A DNA stretch of 64,000 nt from Octopus vulgaris (taxonomy: Eukaryota): the NCBI GenBank assembly GCA_951406725.2, contig OX597831.1:65348001-65412000 (forward strand), written 5' to 3'. This document shows, one piece after another, positions 40,835 through 53,686 of the stretch. The position numbers and the translations under genes are program-made. The notes beneath the pieces are model-generated. The model had not been told where the DNA came from and made no database searches. It was given only the letters and a program-made list of their open reading frames with translations. The first letter of the stretch is position 1; each line of letters starts with the position of its first letter.

Positions 40835-42135
40835 CATCATCATCATTGTTTAATGTCCGTTTTTCATGCTGGTATGGGTTGGACAGTTTGACAAGAGCTG
40901 GCCGGGCAGAAAACTGCACCAGACTTCTGTGTCTGTTTTGGTATGGATTTTTATGGCTGGATGCCCTTCCTAACATCGACCACCCTGCAGAATGGACTGA
41001 GTGCTCTTTACATGGCACCAGCACAGGTGAGGTCAGTTTTGGCTGCATATTTACAACTGGATGTTCTTCCAAATGCCAACCACTTTACAATGAGGACTGG
41101 ATGCTTTTTATGTGGCACCAGCACATGTATCTCTATTAGTAACCACCTACTTATAAACTTTCAACATATCTTGTTGCTATGACAGAAACATGATGTCATA
41201 GCCAAATCGTTCCAACAAAGCTCTCATCATTTATCGACTGTATACCCTGTTGTACATTTTCGACATTCATCATAGGGTTTCATTTTTGAAGAAATATGGC
41301 TGTGTGGTTAACAAGCTTGCCTTGTAACCAATTGGACCTTGAGCAAGTGTCTTCTACTATAGCCTTGAGTCATCCAAAGCCTTGTGAGTGGATTTGGTAG
41401 ATGGAAACTGAAAAAAAGTCTGTTGTATAATATATATATAACACCATCCGAGCGTGGCCGTTCACCAGCCTCGTCTGGCACCTGTGTCGGTGGCACATAA
41501 AAAACACCATCTGAGCGTGGCCGTTCGCCAGCCTCGTCTGGCACCTGTGTCGGTGGCACATAAAAAGCACCCACTATACTCACGATGTGGTTGTTGTTAG
41601 GAAGGGCATCCAGCTGTAGAAACACTGCCAGATCAGACTGGCCTGGTGCAGCCTTCGGGCTTCCCAGACCCCAGTTGAACCGTCCAACCCATTCTAGCAT
41701 GGAAAGCGGACGTTAAACGATGATGATGATGATGATGATGATATCATCATCATCATTGTTTAACGTCTGTCTTCCATGCTGGCATGGGTGGGACGGTTTG
41801 ACAGGAGCCGTCCAGGCAGGAACCTACACCAGACTTCTGTGACTGTTTTGGCCGGATTTTTACAGCTGGATGCCCTTCCTAACACCAACCACCCAGCAGA
41901 GTGGTATATGTATATATTTATGTGTGTGTGTGTGTGTGTTTGTCCCCCACCACTGTTTGTTTGTTTATGTTCCCATAACTTAGTGGTTCAGCAAAAAGTG
42001 ACTGATAGAATATGTGCCAGGCTTAAAAAAATTAAGTACTGACGTTGATTTATTCAATTGAAATTCTTCAAAGTGGTGCCCCAGCATGGCCATGGTCTAA
42101 TGACTGAAACAAAATAAAGGTAAAAGATAAAAGAT
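40835..42135. mobile_element. SINE cluster (RTE-tail and tRNA-head fragments, both orientations)
   Basis: Family motifs at 40835-41130 (-), 41295-41430 (+), 41440-41740 (+), 41745-41900 (-) and 41940-42135 (+). Confidence 0.8.
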
Positions 42136-42626
42136 TATGGTCTGAGAGAGATTTGTCTGCTATTTCTAACAGGTCTTACTCTTGCATAGAAGCTTCCTTA
42201 TTGGCTGTGTGTGTGCATGTAAGATCAACAGCTATACAAGTTGAAATTTTCAGAATTCCCTTTAAGGTTTCCAACTCTGCAGGTTTTCTATAGTAAAAAC
42301 GGAAACCTATATCATTGTTTTGAATGTATACTACACACATTTTGGCATTTTCATTCTGATGTGGCAATGTTGTTCTTGCTGTTATAAGTTACAATAAGTT
42401 ATGCATAAAGTTATTCTAAACATTCCCACAATATTGGTTCTTTGTTGACAAGTTGATTGTCCCGATCTGGATAACAGCTAATATTTTCTTCCAGTTAATA
42501 CAGAACAGCTTATGAAAGATTTTATTTTTTCCTACAGTTGAAAGTATCTGGAGAAAGACGTTTTGATAACACAACATCTACAAAGAAATGTTTTAAAGTT
42601 TCTTTTCAATTTGGATATATATCTGA

Positions 42627-43057
42627 CTAGCTATTTTGACCCGTGCTTCACTCGGGTTTTAGTGGTGGTGGTGTTGTCTCCTTTTCCCTTTCTTCTTAAG
42701 TTCGTCTTCTTTGCCTGGTTATTTTTATTGCCCTCTTCTTTACCCGCCCCCCCCCTTTCCAAAATCCCCCAAATTTTTACACCCACAATTAAAAATAACT
42801 TCCTCTAGCCCCTGCAGCAACATGAAAAGCCACCATTATTCAAACAGCGCAACCTGTCTATCCCATAAAACTCAATTTTTCCCATATTCCTCGCCATGGC
42901 AACCAAACGGTAGCCCCGAGTGACTTGCAACCCTCCTCATACCATTGCCCACCCCATTTTACCCCCCAGTGTAAATGTTGGCGCCAATCTGACCCCATCC
43001 CAAAAGAGATAAATAACCAAGAAATCAAACAACTTTTTTGCATTTCAGCTTTATAGA
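42627..43057 (-). mobile_element. Non-autonomous Helitron-like element
   Basis: CTAG plus ACCCGTGCTTCACTCGGGT hairpin at one end; TC start at 43057. Confidence 0.6.
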
Positions 43058-43059
43058 TA

Positions 43060-44269
43060 TTGATTATCTCACATGAAATGTTACATTTGAAAAAGTTTTA
43101 GAATATTTATTTATTTAATCAAAATATGATCCTTGTTCCTTTATGACCTTCATTCAATGTTCCGATAATACATATATTCCATCTTCAAAGAATTTGTCAT
43201 CTTTTACACTGATAAACTGTTCGAATGCTTCCATTACCCCTTCTTTATTTAAGAATGTTTTATTGCGTATAGCAAGCTCAAAGTGTTTAAATATGTGATA
43301 ATCAGTAGGAGAGATATCAGGAGAATAAGGAAGCTGTGCCAAAATTTCATAATTCAGGCTTTGCAACTTGCAGACCGTAGCTTGAGAAGTGTGAGGCTGT
43401 GCATTATCATGAAGCAAAATTGGGCCATCTCTATTCACTAATCAGGGTTAGTTCTTTTTTGATTTTTTATGCCTACAATCAAATTCCTGACAATAGGATG
43501 TTGCTGTTACAGTTTTTCCTTGTTGCAAAAATGAATAATGAATAACCCCCTTTGTTGACCACCATACAGTAACCATCAACTTTTTAGGGTGCAATGGTGG
43601 TTTTGGATAGTGTTTTGATAACTCTCTTGCATCTAACCACTGTCCTGTCCTTCTGCTGTTATCAAAGAGTATCCATTTCTTATCACACATAATGAGTCGA
43701 TACAAAAACGGTTCTCTTTCCAACCAAGAAATCAACATGGAACACAGTATTTCTTTGAATCTCATTAAGTTGATGGGAAACAAACCTATCCATCTTTTTG
43801 ACTTTTCCAATATTCTTCAAGATGTCTGGAGCTCTGATCCGATTTTTTTGACCATTGTTCTTGGATTTCATTTAACCAAGCATTCAATTCATCATGCCAA
43901 ATAACTGATTTTGGTCTCCCTTTTGGTTCATTTTTAAGGGTTTTCATTTCCTGAACGAAATCTTTGGAACCAACTCTGAACAAGTCTAATGTCAACAGAA
44001 TCATTATCAAAAGCCCGCTTGATGTTTTGTAGAGTTTTGGTGGCAGAGTGACCCAACTTGTATTCGTACAAGAAAATCACTCGGTATTGTTCAGTTGTCA
44101 ACATTTTCATAAGAGCTGTGGGTAACAATTTTGAATAATAGTATTGTCTAGAAAGGAAAAAGTTAGGAGTAAACACAAGCATACACATTAAAACCTTCAT
44201 TAAAATCCCATTTATAGATGACTCATAAGAAACCTATTTAAAATACATTTCTTGTGAGACAACCTGACA
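43060..44269 (-). mobile_element. Decayed full-length mariner (Hsmar1/cecropia-like)
   Basis: Imperfect TIRs (TCTCACA-GAAATG) with TA flanks; fragmented transposase MLTTEQYRVIFLYEYKLG, MCDKKW, LHDNAQPH, PYSPDISPTDYHIF. Confidence 0.92.
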
Positions 44270-44879
44270 TATATATATATATTTGTCAATTTCCTAAACA
44301 AATCATTGTTGTTTTTCATAAGACAGTTATTGCATTTGCTAGTTGCTGGCTGAGGTTGTTTATTTGTAGCCCTACTATATATGCTGATAATAACATGAAA
44401 AATTATTAGCTTTAATGATTAACTCTGATCAAGCAAGTCTTGACCGAAAACTCTAAAACCTAAACAAATTAAAATTTGAATGAGATGGGCTATCCTAGTG
44501 ACTGCTATGTGTGGTGGTGGTGGTAGAGTTGTCAATTGAAACTATTATTTGCTTCTTATGTTATTATCCCTATTTGTAGTCCTTTTAGGGATCCTACTGT
44601 ATTGAAATTGTCTCACTGCATTCATGTGACACAAATCTGTTGTAAAAACCCTTCAAACTTTCCATCATTTAAAAACAAATGTAATTTGTCCTCACCAACT
44701 TATTGCATCCCCGAAAATCAGTTGTAAAATAACAGAATGTGCAATGTTTAGCTTAACAAATTGAATTGCCAATGTTTAGGACCTGTTGTCTATTCACAAG
44801 AGTCCAATTCATAAACCTGGGGCCAATAAATCATTTCAAAAATTATTAACTGACTCTTCCTCATAATTTTTGAGTTCTG

Positions 44880-45315
44880 ACAAATGAAGTGAGTTTATGG
44901 CTCGCAGGACGGCCTGCTGTGCTAACCTTGGATCGTAGAGTGACCCACTGTTCTCGAGGAGACCTGTTGAGTCAAGAACGTCAACGTCAAAATAAAAATT
45001 CAAATGGAAATTGTAGTTAAGACACCCGTCTTAATTGTAGTAAAGACTGGCGTCCGTGTTGGTGACATGTAAAAGCACCAACCGATCATGGCCGCTTGCC
45101 AGCCTGCTCTGGCCCCTGTGCCGGTGGCACGTAAAAAACACCCACCACACTCACGGAGTGGTTGGCGTTAGGAAGGGCATCCAGCTGTAGAAACACTGCC
45201 AAATCAGACTAGAGCCTGGTGCAGCCTCCATGGCTTACCAGAACCCGGTCGAACCGTCCAACCCATGCTAGCATGGAAAACGGACGTTAAACGATGATGA
45301 TGATGATGATGATGT
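44880..45315 (+). mobile_element. RTE-tail SINE, related subfamily
   Basis: Family tail and (GAT)n end. Confidence 0.8.
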
Positions 45316-46199
45316 TACTCATTTGGACATATAGGCAGCAGTTGAAGATTGTATTGTCATGTAGAGAGAACAACAATAAACTACACCCAAGGCAATATTT
45401 GAATTTAGTGTTAAAAATTAATGAAATACTTCTAAGCTATCATTGTTAGCCAGTTTAATTCATACACACAAAACCCTGCTATATCTCTTAGGCTTTCTAA
45501 ACTCTTGGAGGCATAGATTATATTTCACCGATGAGGTCTCAAACATGTCTGTAGTTGTCACCCCACTGCTGAAGATCAGACTTATTTCCCACTGCATTTT
45601 GTATTTAATTGGTTTGTCCCTTACCTTTTTATCATTAAGATACTCGTTCCGGTCATTAGTGTTCTTCATTGTACCACTGAAGTCGTCACGCTGGTGTGCA
45701 GCGGACGGAAATTGTATTGAAAGACACTCTACTGTAAGGTAAGACTTTTTGCTTTTTGAGTCCAGTGGGATTTGTTGTTCGTGAGGTTTATTTTTTGTAC
45801 AGGCAAGGAGTCCTCACTGGATTCTAGGCTTTGGTCTTCCTGCGGTAGAGACGTGTGTTTTTCTCACTTAGCTGTGAGAACTGCTGTTTATAGGTGTGTC
45901 CTGCCTCCAAATTAATTTATTTTGAGAATTGTGCCTGTTTGACCTTGTAAAATTTTTTTGGAAAATCAATTTCAAGGAATTATACAAAGATTGAGAAAAG
46001 CTGTGAAGGCCAGGAGTAACGTGTGGCCAAAAACTATTTATTTCTGCAGTATTTTGAACTCTCATTCTCTTCTGTTGTTTATTTGAAAAACTGTATTGAA
46101 CCGTTTATTTTTATTTTTTTCTTCCTTTTTGTTGGGTCTTTCTTTTTGTTTTTCTCTCTGTAGTATTTAAAAAAATTTTGTGGACTATATTTGAAACTT

Positions 46200-46356
46200 T
46201 TTGGCTGTGTGGTAAGTAGCTGGCTTACCAACCACATGGTTCTGGGTTCATTTCTACTGCATGGCACCTTGGGCAAGTGTCTTCTACTATAGCCTCAGGC
46301 CGACCAAAGCCTTGTGAGTGGATTTGGTAAACAGAAACTGAAAGAAGCCTGTCGAA

Positions 46357-46402
<46 letters not shown>

Positions 46403-46550
46403 AGTGTGTGTATATGTTTCTGTGTCTGTGTTTGTCCCCCTAACATCACTTGACAACCGAAGGTGGTGTGTTTACATCCCCATAACTTAGCGGTTCGGCA
46501 AAAGAGACCGATAGAATAAGTACTAGGCTTACAATGAATAAGTCCTGGGG
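46200..46550 (+). mobile_element. tRNA-derived SINE, 3'-truncated
   Basis: Same family as 5100-5525. Confidence 0.85.
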
Positions 46551-47707
46551 TGGAAAGGAAGATGGTGGTGTTGAGGACTTACTCCAAGTCCTTTGACACC
46601 ATAGACATCTTCCAGAAAAACATAATTGAAAAAGAGCTGGCAGACTATATGCCAGCTATTAGATATATCTCTCGGTGGGGTCAAATATGCAATGGTGTGG
46701 TTGCTGTTTGACTCCCTTGAAGAAGCTTGCGAATTTGCAAGCCAGCCCCTAGAGGGCACAGAAATTTTGTTCCTTCCCACTTATTGTGGGAAAAAGTTGA
46801 TGAGGGCTTGGGTCTGAAGCTTGCCACCTGGAATTGAGCCCTTGTGAATAGTGGATACTATCTGCCGGGGTCTGGGTGGTAGCAGTACCAAGCTACTCAA
46901 TGTGAAAATTTTGCCTGTGGCTGATTGGGAGGAGGCAAAAGCTGTTTTGACCCTATGGACCCAATCAGCCGAAAATCTGGTTTTTCCAGATTTTGTAAGA
47001 ATGGCCTGGTCTAGGTGATGCTTGAGCCCCCCTAGGTGTCACCTGGGTCTGGGCCATATTAAAAAGAACTGCCCTCAGGACTAAAATAAGGTTCTGGGGC
47101 AGTTGATAAAGATACCGGGACATTGCTGCTGGCGTGTCTTGAAGCACCTTCGGTGGGAGTTGTGCCACCAAAGGTGGAAACTGTAGATCCCTCCCATGCT
47201 GTGGAGGAGTAATTTGTGTTCCTCTTCTATAAGGGAGAGACATTAGAAAACTTTGTTTTGAAGTAAGGCCAGTGGGAGGGTTATACGGAGGACCCTGATT
47301 GGCCTTTGCAGGTGGCTGCAGAGGTCATATGGGAAACCAATCTGTGCAGGATAATGAATTCCTTCCCAGAGGACTCTTTTCGATTCATGGCAAAGTGATC
47401 CGGCTTGACACCGTCCAGGTGCTTGCTTCAAAGAAGTGAGGAGCCTGGTTGGACAGGAAAGCATGTAACTGATAATAAAAGTAAGAGGCTTGGTGCCTCA
47501 CTTTTATTGTATTTTTATTGTATTTTATTGAATTATGTATGAGGTTTATTGCCTCATAAATGTGTTTTTTGAACTGTGTCAGAGGTTTATTGCCTCCAGT
47601 AGGAAACATAAAGAGAACAATGTCTTCGGGTAAACAGCAATTGGTGGGCGTTGCTACTTGCCCTCATTTTCCCCCATTTCATTTGTCATTCATATCATTA
47701 TGTGTGT

Positions 47708-48026
47708 AGTGGAGGCACATGGCCTAGTGGTTAGAGCAGTGGACTCGCGGTTGAGGGATCGCGGGTTTGAATCTGAGACCGGACGATGTGTGTGTTTATG
47801 AGCGAAACACCTAAGCTCCACGCGGCTCCGGCAGAAGGTAACGGCGACACTTCTGCTGACTCTTTCGCCACAACTTTCTCTCACTCTTTCCTCCTGCATC
47901 TTGCAGCTCACCTGCGACGGACCGGCGTCCCGTCCAAGTGGGGAACCTATATGCCAAGAAATCGGGAAACCGGGAAACCGGCCCTTATGAGCCAGGCATG
48001 GCTCGAGAAGGAACAAACAACAACAA
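47708..48026 (+). mobile_element. Full-length tRNA-derived SINE with 12-bp TSD
   Basis: A-box TGGCCTAGTGG, B-box GGTTTGAATC, (AAC)n tail; TSD CATTATGTGTGT at 47696-47707 and 48027-48038. Confidence 0.92.
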
Positions 48027-48174
48027 CATTATGTGTGTGTCCAGCCCGCAGCTTCCTTTCTTTGTAAGGCCCTTGTGGCCAATTAAATGAATAAATGAAT
48101 AAAAGATACTTGTTCTCATCCCTAAAGCAGTAATATTAACAAATTAAAGTTTCTTGGTTTACTTTACCAAATAT

Positions 48175-48471
48175 TCTATTGTGTCTGGGGAGAGCCATTC
48201 TCTTTTAGTGCCTTAATTATTTAACACATTCACCGGTAAAATTTCCACTTATTTCTTATTTTTATTTTCTAAAATTTTCGTTGCATCTTGCAACCTTTTC
48301 AATAGTCTTGACTCTAGAAAATAAAAATAAGAAATAAGTGGAAATTTTACCGGTGAGTGTGTTAAATAATAAGGCACTAAAAGAGAATGACTCTCCCCAG
48401 ACACAACAGAATATGCTTCAACACACAAACTCATATAAAGAATCTTGCAAACCAAATCCAAAAACGAAATA
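48175..48471. mobile_element. Fold-back non-autonomous element (PLE pLTR-like) with 10-bp TSD
   Basis: ~100-bp inverted arms 48171-48271 and 48315-48414; TACCAAATAT at 48165-48174 and 48472-48481. Confidence 0.75.
48269..48305 (-). ncRNA. Minimal hammerhead-like motif, U3:A8 variant
   Basis: CUA-UUGAAAA-g-GUUGCA aga UGCAAC-GAA-AAUU-U-UAG. Confidence 0.55.
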
Positions 48472-48628
48472 TACCAAATATGCTAGTAGCAACTTTATTT
48501 CTACATCTTCATACGGCAGACATCCTGAGTAATTGTCTCCTGTCATTCTACTATATAGTTATTACCACTTCTTACCTTTTCCTAGTATTCACAACAAGAC
48601 TGGCTTTGTCATTTGAGAATTTAGTTAC

Positions 48629-48840
48629 GGAGATGTACTTGCATAGCGAGTGACTTGATCTGAGATCATGTGCTGGAACGAAAACAATTGCAGCGTGGAA
48701 GGTGTTTGTAAGCCATTTAAGAAACACACAAAAGCCTTCGATTCACTTCAACATTTAAATTTAATTTGTCAAAATATTTTCGTCGCTTTGAGACCGCGAC
48801 CTGTTCACAAAGTTTTGTCAGTGAACAGGTCGCGGTCTCA
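48629..48840. mobile_element. 212-bp non-autonomous element with inverted end and 11-bp TSD (PLE pLTR-like)
   Basis: TSD AATTTAGTTAC at 48618-48628 and 48841-48851; perfect 22-bp inverted repeat 48787-48808 / 48821-48842. Confidence 0.8.
48765..48808 (-). ncRNA. Minimal hammerhead-like motif, G3:C8 variant (stem I 5' strand displaced to the inverted arm)
   Basis: GUGAACA-g-GUCGC ggucucaaa GCGAC-GAA-AAUAUU-U-UGACAAA; the inverted arm shows UUUGUCA directly before GUGAACA. Confidence 0.55.
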
Positions 48841-49084
48841 AATTTAGTTACATTCTGTATAAATTTTTGGTGCAGTTTTTACTGCTAAAAGAGTCAAAGC
48901 TGGCCTAAGTCAAAGTAGCTGCTGGTGTACAAATTGGAGAGTTAATAATTTAGAATCTAATCACCAGTTCTTCCAGACAAAATTCTCCTCACCAGAGACC
49001 ATAAATTTAAAATTTGTCATTATCATGCCTACCTCTGGCTCTTTTGTTTCTAATTGTTCTCATTATTCATTTAGTCTTTTCTTT

Positions 49085-49462
49085 CATTTGTTTCAGTCAT
49101 TTGACTTGGACCAGGCTGGGATACCGACCCGGAGGGTTGACTCCGGTCCATATCTTAAGTTCTTAAGTCTGGTACTTAATATATCGGTTTCCTTTTGCTG
49201 AAGTACTAAGTTTCAGGTTCATAAAGAAACCAAACACCAACTTAAATGGAAAGAAGCAAGCATGTGTGCATGTGTATGTGCATATGTGTCTGTGTATATG
49301 TGTGTATGTGTGTGTATGCACACACACATGCACACACACACAAACACACAAACAGACAAACACACACACACAAACACACAAACACACACACACACACACA
49401 CACTCACACACACAAACACACACACACAAACACACACACACATAAACACACAAACACACACA

Positions 49463-49518
<56 letters not shown>

Positions 49519-49680
49519 TACAAATAGGCTTCTGTGCAATATCCGTTTATCAAATCCTCTCACTAGGCATTGGTTAGCCTGAGGCTATATTAGATGACAT
49601 TTGCTGAAAGTCCAGTTGAGTAGAACTGAACCCAAAACCTCATGATTGCCAAGTGAACTTCTCAGCCAGATGGCCACGCC
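49085..49680 (-). mobile_element. Old tRNA-derived SINE with expanded internal (CA)n
   Basis: Diverged head and tail motifs flanking a ~250-bp CA/TG tract. Confidence 0.7.
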
Positions 49681-50068
49681 TGTGTATTATCAGATTACAT
49701 TTCCAATCCAGGCAAATGGCACCAGAATTAGTCTCCTTATGTTTACCAACAGTCTTCCGATTCGATGGAATATAGAATTGAAACACAATTATTGTAACTT
49801 GATGACACGTCATCACCATCATCACCATTTAACATCCACTTTTCCATGCTTGCATGGATTGGATGTTCCATGGCTGGATGCACTTCCTGTCACCAGCCCA
49901 TAGCCATTCCTGTGCAAGGTAACATTTTCTCATGTTTTTCATGGAACACTGGAAACAATTGCTTGTACGATGATGAGACTCGTTTACAGCCATCACATGA
50001 TGTCTTGACAGTGGTAAATTCGAACATACATACGTGCACAGAAAGATACATTCACCCTCTTACACACA

Positions 50069-50472
<404 letters not shown>

Positions 50473-50639
50473 ACTAGCTGTCTGTCTGTGTGCCTGCCTG
50501 CCTATCTGTCCATCTTTCTTTCTTTCTCACTCTTTCTCCTCTTCCTCTCTCTGTATGTATGTATGTTCTCTTCCTCTTTTTAATTTAGGATAAATTTTGA
50601 TTTCCCATCTACTTGGTAGCAAGTTTGTGAAGGAAAGCA

Positions 50640-51060
50640 TCTTGCTTTCTTCAGCAACCTTTTGGTCTTAAGAAGGTCTTGCAGATTTTTATAGTCCTAG
50701 ATATTGTGATCACTTGCGTATGAATTAAGGATGTGTGTTCTCCCCTCAAGAAACAAAGTTTAGACATACTTTGTTCCAGACAGGTTGACTCCAGTAATAA
50801 ATGGTATAAAGCTGAAAGGGTATCTTGGGTACTTGATTTGCAAACCTTGTCAAGGGTCCATAGATGTCCTCTTTCTTTTGTGTTTTTCTAACCATATTGG
50901 TGTCCAGAGGGTTAGAGTTAGGGTTAGGGTTATTTCCTAACTGATTTCCACAACAATATATCTTTTCTTTGTTCCACACAACAACATCTGGTCAGTTGTG
51001 TTTTAACTTGGTGGCTGTTTTAACTTTTTAAAGTTCCATGAATATTCTTTCGACCCATTG
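50640..51060 (-). mobile_element. Restriction-like endonuclease (REL) domain remnant of an R4/NeSL-type non-LTR element
   Basis: KTATKLKHN*PDVVVWNKEK...VVEIS...PLDTNMVRKTQKKEDIYGPL fits the RPD-x-E...K..KY pattern. Confidence 0.6.
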
Positions 51061-53119
51061 ACCTTAACAGAGTCAACTTCATCTAAATCCACTCACAAGG
51101 CTTTGGTCTTGGGATTGAACCCAAGACCATATGGTTGGGAAGTAAGCTTCTTAACTACACATCCACATCTGCATTTGGAAATGTTTTATTTAGTTATCAT
51201 TTTCTGTTGAATTATTTGATATAATTATTAAATTAATATTATCACAGATTATCTATAGAATAGTGATTTAATTAATTATCTTCTTTGATTATTGCTTTTG
51301 TATCTGATTTTTCTTTTACGTTTGTTGTAGTCATTGGGGATTTGTTTATATTTTACACAAATTGTTTGATCAAATGTTTCACTAATTCCTGCTCTACATT
51401 TTCTATATCATTCATTAGAAATATTCAGGTAACATTTCTAGCAGGATTTGAACTTAATGCACCTGTCAGTACCTTAACCACCTCATATGTCACACAATCA
51501 CACAAGGTCTGTTTTATATTTTTCCAGTTTAGTATAAATACTTTACCCATAAGACAAGCAATGACACTACCTTAATTAATTAAAGAAGTATTCCTTTTCA
51601 CCTTTTGAGATTGGTTAAATACACAGACACTGTGTATTGGGAAAGATATGACCATCATAATATTTCCATTCCCTTCTGTAAAGTTGTCTACCTTTCAAGA
51701 GAAATCATTAATAATAATATATTGAAATGTTGAACGATACTTCTATCAAACATTTAAAGGGGAGAATAAATATTCTATGACAAAGGGCCGAGTGACTTTT
51801 CTTCATTTGTTGTTTTGTCTTTCTGTCACATTATAGGAATTGTGGAAGAAAGGGGAGCTGATGTAGTAGACGAAGACAACCGAGGCAAAGGATAATTCTT
51901 GGAATACAGTGCCTTTACAAAGAATATTAAAAAAAATTATTTGTTACATAAAATATTTATATTTGCATAATTTATTCCATACCCAAATAAACCACATCGT
52001 TTCTGATAACCACAGCACTTGTAAACAAGTGGAAAATTGATACAGACACTGATGCTGTAATTATCTCCCTTAGGCTAAGGCATTAATTTACTTAGCTTAC
52101 GTATAGACTCTTTGGAGTTAATTATGCCAGTACTGTTGAGTAAATAAAGTAAAGAAAAGTTAGCATGTGAAAAATATATTTATTAATAATCTAAATGCTA
52201 TCTTGGAATTTGAAAACGGCTACATGCAATTCTGTAGACAACCTTAGGCTCCTATGGTAATCAAATTCATTGAAAGCACACACATTTTGAAGAAGAGCAA
52301 ATATTTATTCAACCATAAAAAGAAAAAAAAGTGTTAACTTGATATTTATTAACATTTTTCTGGAGGAAAATACAAAAATCTATGGTCGTCAAGGAATTAT
52401 GAATTATAAATAAGGCTTTATACAATCAGAGCAATAAATTGATGGCTTGGCTGAAGTAGTGATACTCTCATCAAATATTGGTGATGGAATAGTCTGCAGT
52501 TTCAATGTGTCTCTTACCAATCCCAAGGGAGAAAACAACTTGTTGAAATCAAAATTGCTTCAAAATATGTTGATTTTCCAATCAGAAGTAGATCTTCTGA
52601 TTGATGGTGTCTCCATATTACATAATTTTCCTAACTCTATCACATTTGTCTCTCAGAAATGTTAAAAGGTAACTTAAATAGATTTATAGCAAAACAAACC
52701 TTTTAACATATTTTACCTCTTTATCTTACTGTGATTTAACGAGGAAACTTGTTAATTATGTTGGCCATTTAGTGTTGTAACATCAATAATTAATCAAATA
52801 CATCAATAATTCATGTAATACATTGGAATTTAATTAAATCTTAATTAATCAATGATATCAATAATTTATCAAAGTTTTCTATTTAACTAGGAACAGAGAG
52901 CAATAATTAAAAGAATAATGATATAACATCTCTTTGCCAATGAATCAAGGCTAATAAATATTCCCAAACAGAAAAAATAGATGATAGCTTAAGTGATCGC
53001 AACTTGAAACTAATTTATTACTGTCTAAAGTTAAAACCTGACGGTGGAAAGCTCTGGCAGGCAATCGAATCAGATACCATAGAGTTCTTATGAATGAGGA
53101 CTTGATTGAGATTACATAT

Positions 53120-53510
53120 ACTCTTTTACTCTTTTACTTGTTTCAGTCATTTGACTGCGGCCATGCTGGAGCACCGCCTTCTATCGAGCAACTCGACCCC
53201 GGGACTTATTCTTTTGTAAGCCCAGTACTTATTCTATCGGTCTCTTTGCCGAACCGCTAAGTAACGGGGACATAAACACACCAGCATCGGTTGTCAAGCA
53301 ATGCTAGGGGAACAAACACACACACACACATATATATATACATATATATGACAGGCTTCTTTCAGTTTCCGTCTACCAAATCCACTCACAAGGCTTTGGT
53401 TGGCCCGAGGCTATAGTAGAAGACACTTACCCAAAGTGCCACGCAGTGGGACTGAACCCGGAACCATGTGGTTGGTAAACAAGCTACTTACCACACAGCC
53501 ACTCCCGTGC
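53120..53510 (-). mobile_element. tRNA-derived SINE, full length
   Basis: Copy of 5100-5525 with (GTAAAAGA)n tail. Confidence 0.9.
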
Positions 53511-53686
53511 CACATCTCTATTATGTAGCAAAAAAACTTTGAAATATTTCATTGCAAAAAGCATTATCTAACTGACAATAGTGTAGGATTGAATTTAATG
53601 ACTAAAATGTAGTTCACGATGCAATATCTATGACCTTATATATGAGGTAAATGCAGTTGAAGTCCATTTGAAAGATTTATTATATA

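Larger units (their letters stand above)
45700..48105 (+). mobile_element. Decayed non-LTR retrotransposon (L1/Tx1-like?) with nested SINEs
   Basis: GC-richer broken coding-like segment 46560-47460 (IIEKELADY...FASQPL...LPTYCGK); tail GGCCCTTGTGGCCAATTAAATGAATAAATGAATAAAA. Confidence 0.4.

Noticed and set aside
47710-47790. tRNA gene
   Set aside because: tRNA-like head of a SINE with TSD and tail; no complete cloverleaf
48140-48165. QIKVSWFT resembling QIKVWF
   Set aside because: Extra residue, no N51/R53 and no upstream helix 2
51837-51895. Possible small exon after ttatag (IVEERGADVVDEDNRGKG*)
   Set aside because: Phase incompatible with the 40602 donor and no recognisable homology
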